64,000 nucleotides of DNA from the NCBI GenBank assembly GCA_963706025.1, contig CAVPLM010000014.1:92391-156390 (forward strand), written 5' to 3'. This DNA is from an uncultured Actinomycetes bacterium (GTDB lineage Bacteria > Actinomycetota > Thermoleophilia > RBG-16-64-13). The notes beneath the pieces were generated by a model. It saw only the letters and a program-made list of their open reading frames with translations, was not told where the DNA came from and did no database searches. This document shows positions 56,578 through 64,000 of the stretch, one piece after another (position 1 is the stretch's first letter; each line of letters opens with the position of its first letter). Both the position numbers and the translations under genes were made by a program.

Positions 56578-56650
56578 GGCGGGATAGCTCAGTTGGTAGA
56601 GCACATGACTGAAAATCATGGTGTCCCCGGTTCAAATCCGGGTCCCGCCA
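56578..56650 (+). tRNA. tRNA-Phe (GAA)
   Basis: GGCGGGA/TCCCGCC; CATGA-CTGAAAA-TCATG; GGTTCAAAT. Confidence 0.96.
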
Positions 56651-56696
56651 CCTCACAGAGTCCTGCGAGTCCTGCACTCACGGTCCGGAGGCGGTG

Positions 56697-56909
56697 ATGA
56701 AATACCGAGTCCTCGTCGAACAGGATGAAGATGGGATGTTTGTTGCCGAGGTACCCTCTCTGCCGGGCTGCATCTCCCAAGGCGAAACGCGCGCGGATGC
56801 ATTGCTCAACATCCAGGAAGCCATAGAGGCATACCTCGAGACTCTCGAGGCGCACGGCGAACCCGTTCCGCCCTCGATCCACGAGGAGGTCGTGGAGGTG
56901 CGGGGGTGA
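56697..56909 (+). CDS. hicB: HicB family antitoxin (short, no DNA-binding domain)
   Basis: AEVPSLPGCISQGET..DAL.NI.EAI. Confidence 0.9.
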   Translation: MKYRVLVEQDEDGMFVAEVPSLPGCISQGETRADALLNIQEAIEAYLETLEAHGEPVPPSIHEEVVEVRG

Positions 56910-57130
56910 CCCTCCTTCCTCGGGTTGCAGGTCGCGAAGTGGTCGCCGCTCTGAAGAAGGTGGGCTACGAGAAGGATAGGCAGCGGGGAAGCCACATCGT
57001 CCTGCGCCAAGCGGTGGCACCTCACCGGCTTATCACGGTTCCCGATCACGACGAAATAGCCAAAGGCACCTTGCGGGCCATTGTCAGGCAAGCAGGACTC
57101 ACTGTGGAGGAATTCCGACAGCTCCTCTAG
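56906..57130 (+). CDS. hicA: HicA family toxin
   Basis: RQRGSH, VPDH and GTLRAI. Confidence 0.92.
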   Translation: MTLLPRVAGREVVAALKKVGYEKDRQRGSHIVLRQAVAPHRLITVPDHDEIAKGTLRAIVRQAGLTVEEFRQLL

Positions 57131-57163
57131 GGCCGGGGGAATCGGGCACGGGATCCACCGGAC

Positions 57164-57201
57164 TCATGGTGTCCCCGGTTCAAGTCCGGGTCCCGCCACC
57201 T
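57164..57201 (+). repeat. Copy 1 of the tRNA-Phe 3' half (att-like)
   Basis: TCATGGTGTCCCCGGTTCAAGTCCGGGTCCCGCCACCT; one mismatch to the tRNA. Confidence 0.9.
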
Positions 57202-57247
57202 ACCGGCCTATTTTTACCTGGAAGCAGGCGCTTTTTAGCCCTTCAGA

Positions 57248-57268
57248 CCCCGATTCGAACCGGGGACA
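57248..57268 (-). repeat. Inverted copy of the tRNA-Phe T-arm
   Basis: Reverse complement reads TGTCCCCGGTTCGAATCGGGG. Confidence 0.75.
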
Positions 57269-57484
57269 TCGCCCAATCGGGGAGGCTCTCCCCGCGAACT
57301 AGAACCGCGAAGTGGGGTTCATCGATTCTCCTCCTGTGCGCAATCGCCACCTCCGCTGAGGCAGACTTCGCACTTCTACGACAGTGAGCTCCGAAGCATG
57401 ATCTCGACCCGTCGAAGCTTGACCCACCCAGGCGCTGCATATAGTCTGCGTAGTCGGTTTTAGGCCGTCGAAGGATTGAGAATC

Positions 57485-58239
57485 ATGGACACATGGAAGT
57501 TCTACGACATCACTCACCGTGAACATGTGGTATGCAATCCCACGAGCGAGGAAAAACTGGCGCGTCTCGTGGACCTTCTGCGCCTCCCGACTGACGCGCA
57601 GGTGGTCGACATTGCCTGTGGAAAGGGCGAGTTCCTGATTCGCTTGGCGGAAGCCTATGGCGCTCGTGGCATGGGCATCGACCTCTCTCCTTTCCACATT
57701 GCCGATGCAAGGGGAAGGCTCAAGGCTCGGGCATCGAGTGCTGACATCAGCTTCACCCAGATGAATGGTGCGGATTTCAAGTCGGACAAGCCGCACAGCT
57801 TGGATCTGGCGTCATGTATTGGCGCCAGTTGGGTCTTCGGGGGGCACGCTGGTACTCTCGACGCGCTGATCAACATGGTGAAGCCCGGCGGCTGGGTGAT
57901 CGTGGGAGAGCCATACTGGCTCCAGGAGCCGCCCGAGGACTACCTAGAGGCCTCCGGGGTGCGCGAGAGGACTTCGGGAGTCACTTTTCAAATGCGGAAG
58001 CTGGGGAGCCGCTCGGACTGGATCTCGTTCACACCATCGTGAGCAGCAAGGACGACTGGGACAGGTACGAAGGTCTGCAATGGTACGCGACAACCGAGTA
58101 CGCTCGCACCCATCCGGATGATTCGGACTTGGCGGAGGTGGTCGAGCGCGTTAGCAAGGCGAGGGCGGCATACCTGCGTTGGGGGCGCGATACGCTTGGT
58201 TGGGCGATCTACATGTTCAGATGGCGTTCTGCGGCCTAA
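57485..58239 (+). CDS. Class I SAM-dependent methyltransferase (frameshift near 57960)
   Basis: VDIACGKG, GIDLS, CIGASW and KPGG..IVGEPYW. Confidence 0.88.
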
Positions 58240-58436
58240 CAAGCGCGAAAACTCGCGGCATCGAAGCCACCTCCCAAGCGGAGAGTGACGATGACTCTTC
58301 CAGTCTTGCCCCATAATAGGCCGATGGTCGGTAGAGTCAGTCGGCAGAAGCGGTCCACCGGCCGGTGGGTGTCCTGGTGGCGGCCGGGCCGGCGCTTCTC
58401 CTTGCCTGGGCCGGCAGGCGCAGGCGCCGCTTGCTG

Positions 58437-58667
58437 CAGATCGTGCGGCTCCTGCGGGATGCGGAAGCCGGTCAGGCCGCCGGCCGCAGCGTCTCTCAGA
58501 TCTGCCAGGAACTGGCGGTATCCGAGAAGACCTATCACCGGTGGAAGAGCTTGTATGCCGGTATGAACACCAAGGAGCTTAGGCGTCCGAAAGAGCTGGA
58601 AGCCGAGAACCTGTGCCTGAAGAAGCTGGTGGCCGATCTCTCCCTGGATAACGCCATGCTCAAGGAG
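58437..58667 (+). mobile_element. IS3-family transposase OrfA fragment
   Basis: QIVRLLR...TYHRWK..Y.GM...KELEAEN..LKKLVADLSLDN.MLKE; no OrfB. Confidence 0.8.
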
Positions 58668-59077
58668 GGTGTCCGAACTCCTGAGCTGAGGGCCGGACCT
58701 GTACCGGACGGAGGGGCAAGCATGGCTGCTCGTGACTGGTCTCGCAGGCTACACAGGAGCAGCTCAATAGGCCTGGGTGTGATGCTCCTTGCCTGCGCGA
58801 CCCTCCTCTTGGGACAGGCCGCGTGCGGTCCCAACCGTACCGCTTCGACCACCTCCGACGAAGTTGCTGCGCAGCGAGTACGGGAGTACTTCGCGGGCGC
58901 GGGTCGCCCAGAAGCCCTCGAACTCCGGCCGGGAGATGGCGCCTATACCTGATCCGAGCGTCCTGCGCGGACGCCGCGAGGAATAGACCTACGGCGACGG
59001 CACCGTCTCAGCCAAGAAGCGGCCGCCTGGAGCGGGGACCGCGGCGATACCGAAGAGGGTGGGATGACGCGCCCGGT

Positions 59078-59611
59078 CTATGGAGCCACCGACAGCCGTT
59101 CCATGAGCTGGTCGAGCGACAGCCCCATCCCCCGGGCCAGTCTCCGAAGCGTCCCGAGGCGCGGGTCACGACGGCCCATCTCTATCCTGCTAAGCGATTC
59201 CTGGGCGATGCCACTCCGGCGCGACACTTCCAACTGGCTCAGGCCCAGGCTCTCCCTCACCGTGCGAAGTCTCGCTCCCACTATCCGTCGCTCGTCGTCA
59301 TCGGCCGACAGCAGCCGGGCACGGTACTCCTCGTCCAAAGCGGCTCGCAGGCTCTCCGCGCTCACATCCATCTCAACACCGGTCTGGTCGACAAGAGTAA
59401 CGGACTCCTTTCCCAAGCCCACACAGGCAGCGACCGGAGCGATGCCCAATCGGCGGGCGAACGGCAGATCAGCCCAATGCACCGCCCTTTCCAGGCCGTC
59501 CTCGAATCGAAGATAGAGCACGGAGTCCATGCTGACGAATCTCGCCTCGTTGACACAGCAGGGATCGATCGAGGTAGCACGCGCGGCACTGGAGCCGATC
59601 TGGACGGTCAT
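59078..59611 (-). CDS. Putative antitoxin: DUF2442-like N-terminus plus XRE HTH
   Basis: LYLRFEDG; GLSQLEVSRRSGIAQESLSRIE; ATGA overlap with the upstream gene. Confidence 0.7.
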   Translation of the reverse strand: MTVQIGSSAARATSIDPCCVNEARFVSMDSVLYLRFEDGLERAVHWADLPFARRLGIAPVAACVGLGKESVTLVDQTGVEMDVSAESLRAALDEEYRARLLSADDDERRIVGARLRTVRESLGLSQLEVSRRSGIAQESLSRIEMGRRDPRLGTLRRLARGMGLSLDQLMERLSVAP

Positions 59612-59865
59612 GAGCTCTCCTTCCGATCCGGATAGCTGATCACCCGCGTCCAAGCCTCGAGCATCGTCGACTGGTTCTCCCCCAGGCAGCGGCTCACTGC
59701 CGGCGGAAGCGACAGTCCGGGGGGCTTCATGACTCTGAGGGTGACGAGGTCCACCACTACCGTGCCACCCCTCTCTGGTCCGCTGACATGGCAATGAGGA
59801 GGACCATGGTCTACCTCCCAGATCTCGATCCTGGCTCCACCGCACTCGACCCGGAAGAGGGCCAT
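59608..59865 (-). CDS. DUF4160 family protein (putative toxin)
   Basis: DHGPPHCHV...LEAW motif. Confidence 0.8.
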   Translation of the reverse strand: MALFRVECGGARIEIWEVDHGPPHCHVSGPERGGTVVVDLVTLRVMKPPGLSLPPAVSRCLGENQSTMLEAWTRVISYPDRKESS

Positions 59866-59878
59866 CCATCTACTCCCA

Positions 59879-59906
59879 ACTATACGTCATATGATTCTTA
59901 AGTCAA
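59879..59906 (-). promoter_or_regulatory. Sigma70 promoter of the DUF4160 operon
   Basis: Minus strand TTGACT-N16-TATAGT with palindrome TCATATGA in the spacer. Confidence 0.6.
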
Positions 59907-60232
59907 GTCATGCCGTCGCCGGATGACGGCAAGATGTAAGGGTCGAACATCAGGAACATGGTCCCGCCCCTGAACTGGTCACGGGTCAGACCAAAGACGG
60001 GCCTTGGCGAACGCGATCGCGCGGGCTTCTACTCCAATGTTGGGTTTGGCGGTGGTCTTTGTGGCGGACACGCGCTCGGCATCGCCATCTCTTTCTACTG
60101 CTACGTATCGCCGGTTCTTACGGATGGTTCTGCCTGCGCAAGAAAACCTGAGATCCCAACCTCGTCTTCACAGCGTTTTCATGTCGGTTCCCACCTTCGA
60201 ACCGGGATCCGCGTGGCTGGCCATTAATACGT

Positions 60233-60247
60233 ACACGGTAACCGTGT
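60233..60247. promoter_or_regulatory. Palindromic operator upstream of higBA
   Basis: ACACGGT-A-ACCGTGT. Confidence 0.55.
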
Positions 60248-60284
60248 TAGTGCTATTCTGGGCGGGTGGTCAGCAGGAGGTGAA

Positions 60285-60578
60285 ATGATCGTCTCGTTCG
60301 GCGACCGCGCGACGGAGGAGTTGTACCACAACCGCCCCACCAGTCGGGCGCGGCGGATCCCACGCGATGTCGTCGGCTCAGCGTTGGTCAAGCTGGACAT
60401 GCTCAATGCGGCATCAACGGTACTTGACCTCAGATCTCCGCCCGGCAACCGGCTGGAAGCACTCAAGGGTGACCTGGCGGGCTTCCACTCCATCCGGGTG
60501 AACGACCAGTGGCGAGTGGTGTTCAGGTGGGAGAGCAACAATGCTCAAGACGTCCGACTGATGGACTATCACGATTGA
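60285..60578 (+). CDS. higB: HigB (RelE/ParE family) toxin
   Basis: DLRSPPGNRLEALKG, SIRVNDQWR and DYH. Confidence 0.93.
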   Translation: MIVSFGDRATEELYHNRPTSRARRIPRDVVGSALVKLDMLNAASTVLDLRSPPGNRLEALKGDLAGFHSIRVNDQWRVVFRWESNNAQDVRLMDYHD

Positions 60579-60591
60579 GAAAGGCACGACC

Positions 60592-60879
60592 ATGATCCCG
60601 GAGAATCGGATTCCCACCCATCCAGGGGTGGTGCTGAGTCAGGAGTTCCTGGCGCCATTGGGGCTGTCCCAGGTGGCCTTGGCGGCACACCTGGGCGTGC
60701 CGGTGCAGCGTGTCAATGAGCTGGTGCGCGGCAAGCGCGGCATCACCCCTCAGACCGCCTGGCTGCTTGCTCAGGCCTTCAACACCACCCCTGAGTTCTG
60801 GACCAACCTGCAGTCGGCGTACGATCTGGCCCGCAGCCGCCCGGTAGGAAAGGTCGAGCAGCTTGTGGCGGTCGGGTGA
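60592..60879 (+). CDS. higA: HigA antitoxin
   Basis: PTHPG, RVNELVRGKRGIT and EFWTNLQ. Confidence 0.93.
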   Translation: MIPENRIPTHPGVVLSQEFLAPLGLSQVALAAHLGVPVQRVNELVRGKRGITPQTAWLLAQAFNTTPEFWTNLQSAYDLARSRPVGKVEQLVAVG

Positions 60880-61130
60880 GGACCGAGTCCTAGCCCGGGT
60901 CACGCGGCAGGCGCGCCGGGATGGTGGAGTAGGCCGCAGGGAAGGGCATGGGGCATATGAGTGGGCACCAGCATGAAGGCGATGTCCGCAGATAGCAAGC
61001 GGCGGGGTGCGCAATGGAAAGCCATGAAAAAGGCTACTTTGCTCCGTATCAGCGCACCCGGCCAATGAACGCAAGACAAGAAAGCGGCCGGACTGAGCAT
61101 TCAGCCTTGCCAGCAGAAGGACCCCGGGGT

Positions 61131-61541
61131 GTGAAGAGGTTCGAAAGGCCCCTCAGGATTCTGGGACGGGCCATCGTCATCATCGGTCTGGTCATCTTCT
61201 ACGGGACGGTGCTTTCGGCCACTATCGTCAGTCCACCAGAGGCACTCCTGAAAGCAGGAGCCATCATCGCCGGAGTCGGGTGTCTTTGGCTGATAGGACT
61301 GCTTCTCTGGCCTCCCGGCACTAAGGGGAGGGTTACCTTTGAGGCGACGCTGGGTTTCTTTTGCTTACCGGCGGCGTTCGTCAGCATGTTTGCTGCCTCG
61401 GGCGATGAACTCGGGCTTCAGGTGTCGTGGCTGATCATCACAATCGTCTTGCTTCCCGGCGCCATTGGACTCATAGGGCAAGCAGCCCGAGCAAAACGGG
61501 AGGCTGAGAGGTGGCGGAACACCAGCCAAGATGATGGGTAG
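61131..61541 (+). CDS. Hypothetical membrane protein (4 TM)
   Basis: Four hydrophobic segments; start uncertain. Confidence 0.55.
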   Translation: MKRFERPLRILGRAIVIIGLVIFYGTVLSATIVSPPEALLKAGAIIAGVGCLWLIGLLLWPPGTKGRVTFEATLGFFCLPAAFVSMFAASGDELGLQVSWLIITIVLLPGAIGLIGQAARAKREAERWRNTSQDDG

Positions 61542-61598
61542 AGCCGGGCCCACTCCCGCCCTGCCGGACACATGCCAGGAAGGGCCAAACTGAGGGTG

Positions 61599-61901
61599 CT
61601 AGGCCACTACCTTGAGGCTCTCGATGCGTCTACGGGGGTCGCAGCGCGTCGGGTGCGCCGACGGTGTGAAGCTGACGGTGGTAACCCGCTCTTTATCGCG
61701 GTTGAGCCAGCCTTCCACGTCATCGAGGCTCATACCCCAGTGCTCCCCGACGATCAGGGTATTGGCTTCGTCGTCGATCAACCAGTAGCCCCCGTAGCCG
61801 AGGGCGTGGGGATCGCGCCGGCGTGACTTGCATAGGGTGAAGCCCTGCCGGGCGGCCCTCCGTCGCACTCTGTTTTCGCGCAGCTTCTCGGAAGTCTCCA
61901 T
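61599..61901 (-). CDS. Small basic hypothetical protein, mobile-element type
   Basis: RENRVRRRAARQG..L.KSRRRDP.A.GYGGY.LID; RBS AAGGG. Confidence 0.65.
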   Translation of the reverse strand: METSEKLRENRVRRRAARQGFTLCKSRRRDPHALGYGGYWLIDDEANTLIVGEHWGMSLDDVEGWLNRDKERVTTVSFTPSAHPTRCDPRRRIESLKVVA

Positions 61902-62230
61902 GTCAGACCCTTTGCCGTTGTGTTGGAAGCTATGCCAGACCGTATATTGACACGTGCGCTGAGAAGTACAACCAGAGTCCTGTTACCCGCGGCGTACGAC
62001 TGCGCCTACCCTGAAGGCAAGCCCCCCGATTGGCCGCTACCAAGCTCGGCCAGGGGGGCCAGGGGGGCTCTTGTCACTGCTTTGTCACCAAAAAGTCGGC
62101 AAGAGGGTTCTTGCGGTGGTATCTCCTTGCCACCGCCTGTAACCGCAACAACCACAAACCACCTGCAAACGGTCAATTTATGCGATACCAGGGAAGACTA
62201 TCGGCTACCCCCAAAAGCCGGTGGCTATTT

Positions 62231-62273
62231 CTGAAAATCGTGGTGTCCCCGGTTCAAGTCCGGGTCCCGCCAC
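62231..62273 (+). repeat. Copy 2 of the tRNA-Phe 3' half starting at the anticodon loop (att-like)
   Basis: CTGAAAATCGTGGTGTCCCCGGTTCAAGTCCGGGTCCCGCCAC; two mismatches to the tRNA. Confidence 0.9.
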
Positions 62274-62308
62274 TTGTCCCTGCAAATGGGCACTTTTTAT
62301 TCCGCAAA

Positions 62309-62329
62309 CCCCGACTTGAACCGGGGACA
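62309..62329 (-). repeat. Inverted copy of the tRNA-Phe T-arm
   Basis: Reverse complement TGTCCCCGGTTCAAGTCGGGG; 20 of 21 match 62244-62264. Confidence 0.8.
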
Positions 62330-62334
62330 GCCGC

Positions 62335-63023
62335 TTAGGGGGCCGCGCGTGTCACCTTCACGGTGACTGGCACGGTTGCCCTGACACGATGTTCAGGTAT
62401 TGCTCCCCGACCTTCATGTAGATCCCTCTGACCCCCTCGATTGAGAAGTAGGCGTCCTGTTTCCAGATACCGACCCGCGATCCCCAGCATACTCGGCGAA
62501 AACAAGGACCTCGTCACCCTCGGCAAGCAACTTGTCGTGATTGAGCTACGATGATGGCCACGGGTGTTCCAAAGCGGGGGGTCCCTTTGATCTCGGTCAG
62601 CTGCACGTAGAAGGTGGTATAGATCTCGGGCGCATACTCCTCGGACCATTGGTCGTGATCCGGTTGCCGGCCATCGGCGGTGTTCCAGAGTGGCGGGTCG
62701 AACTTCCACGACCCGGCCGTAGACAATCAGCTCCGCGCTCCAGTCGGGTGACGGCAGGCTACCGTAGCGGATCATCGCGTAGCCACCGTTCGCGAGGTTC
62801 CATACCGCTACGAATCTCTGCCGCTGCCCGAGGCCGGTCCCGGGCTCATCGGGCGAAACCGAGGGTAGAGTTGCAAGGGGGCGTCCCCCCGTGTTGGACA
62901 GCGGGGTGGAAAGGGTGGAGCTTGGAGAAGTGTCGGCGGCGCTTCCTTGCAGCCTAGAGGGACTACCAGCGCGGAAAGGCCGAGGAGAAGAACAATCAGA
63001 ACCAGCAGGCGCATCCGTTTCAT
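62335..63023 (-). pseudogene. Lipoprotein, frameshifted or decayed
   Basis: Signal peptide with lipobox PLGC; remainder split over three frames. Confidence 0.5.
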
Positions 63024-63181
63024 ATCCCTGCCCCTGGGGTGTTCAGCTCACCGACTCGAGTTGCGCAGCGGCCGCCAAGTCGCGTCACAGTATACCGTTA
63101 GGCTGGGATGCCGGGGGATTCACGGCAGATTCGACCAGGCCGCCACCGTCACCAGTCGGAAGGGAATGTCGGCAGACCATA

Positions 63182-63201
63182 CAAGTCCGGGTTCCGCCAC
63201 C
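63182..63201 (+). repeat. Copy 3 (short, degenerate) of the tRNA-Phe 3' end
   Basis: CAAGTCCGGGTTCCGCCACC. Confidence 0.65.
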
Positions 63202-63277
63202 CCCGCTGCTGCAGACATGTGACTACACGAGCACCAGGGAGAAGGACGTCGGGAAGGGGGTCGGAAGTGCTGTACTT

Positions 63278-63302
63278 GGTTCAAGTCCGGTCCCGCCACC
63301 TC
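63278..63302 (+). repeat. Copy 4 of the tRNA-Phe 3' end (T-arm onward)
   Basis: GGTTCAAGTCCGG-TCCCGCCACCTC with a 1-nt deletion. Confidence 0.75.
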
Positions 63303-63569
63303 CACAACTGCCGACCTGGCGGTCTGAAGGGCGATCTCGAAGCCCACGGCCAGGTCCGGCACCTCGAAGGCCAGCCCCTCCGGCGTGGCCGTGATGCTCC
63401 TGAAGATGCTGAGCGCTTCGCGTTGCTCACCGATCGTGGCCTCGGCCCAGAGCTTGTCCATATCGAGATCCAGTAGGTAGCGCTTAGCCGCCCGCCACTC
63501 GGAGACCCGAGTCTTTCCCTCGATAGTCGCCTTCTCCTCCGCGATCTGCCGGTCGAGTTCGGCCACAGC

Positions 63570-63801
63570 GTTCCTGAGAACCGGGCCTGGCGCTCAGCCA
63601 CCAACGGCCGCGGTCTCTGGTGGAACTCCGGCCCCTCCCACATGAACGCCGCCTATCCCAAGCGCTTCTTTGATCGCCTCGGTCTTCCGTCTCTGCTCCG
63701 CGAGGCAGAGCGTTTCTCGTGCGCTTCATGAACCGCCGTGTACGGAACCGTACGCACGGTGGTGTAGGAGGACGGCGGGGGCAACCCCGCTCCTGCCCGA
63801 T
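63570..63801 (+). mobile_element. 3' fragment of a group IIC intron (maturase C-terminus plus domains V and VI)
   Basis: Frame from 63570 gives AWRSATNGRGLWWNSGPSHMNAAYPKRFFDRLGLPSL (stop 63729-63731); DV GAACCGCCGTGTACGGAACCGTACGCACGGTGG; DVI ending CCCGAT. Confidence 0.9.
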
Positions 63802-64000
63802 TCCGGCTGGTCCGTTCGCCAGGTACCGAGCTCGGCTGGCGCGGAGACACGATGCGAAATCGGGTGGGTCAAGCTTGCCTCGCCCATCACTAACATCCCA
63901 TAGTGTGGGCAGCCGAGTCCCGGGGCCTCCGGGAGCGGGTCGCTGGAACTGCCGCTGAAGCCGCCCGGGTGCTAAACGAACAGTCGTGGTTGATGCTGAA

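Larger units (their letters stand above)
63120..63590 (-). pseudogene. C-terminal fragment of a probable large serine recombinase
   Basis: Coiled-coil (VAELDRQIAEEK) then LWAEAT..EQREAL...SITA; reads through the att copies; 5' part missing. Confidence 0.5.

Noticed and set aside
57164-63302. tRNA-like repeats as a CRISPR array or extra tRNA genes
   Set aside because: Spacing is irregular (0.1-5 kb), there are no cas genes, and the copies lack the 5' half of the tRNA
63802-64000. Possible attC or gene after the intron end
   Set aside because: Only isolated partial boxes (CACTAAC, CCGTTCGCC) with no pairing structure, and the window ends

Overview
GC-rich bacterial DNA. Lipoprotein style, the SLH protein, anaerobic Mo/FeS enzymes and the tRNA sequences suggest an anaerobic Actinomycetota such as Thermoleophilia (inference). 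Many otherwise intact genes are broken by single-base indels, most likely long-read consensus errors, so CDS coordinates are reconstructed across frameshifts. 1-30 kb is a catabolic island: Liv permeases, two Zn-dependent dehydrogenases, a VOC protein, a divergent split transketolase, a cyclase-family hydrolase and a pyrogallol-transhydroxylase-like Mo enzyme (AthL/BthL), then a second unit with two paralogous amidohydrolases, a Dpp/Opp ABC system, two flavoprotein-ferredoxin pairs, DUF1566, MBL and beta-helix proteins and an IclR regulator with a recurring tandem 17-bp operator. 30-36 kb is housekeeping (pfk, CDP-alcohol transferase, malic enzyme, antiporter). 36-52 kb is a divergent D-amino-acid locus (M28 peptidase-ortA-ortB-XRE-alr-MFS facing D-aminoacylase-Liv ABC-ATC-hydrolase-like/SnoaL pairs). 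55.5-64 kb holds tRNA-Glu/Val/Asp/Phe followed by an integration hotspot: four further copies of the tRNA-Phe 3' end (two followed by an inverted T-arm copy), three toxin-antitoxin modules, an integron-cassette-like methyltransferase, an IS3 fragment, a truncated recombinase-like tail and the 3' end of a group IIC intron. Family assignments come from motif recognition and recall, not database searches.
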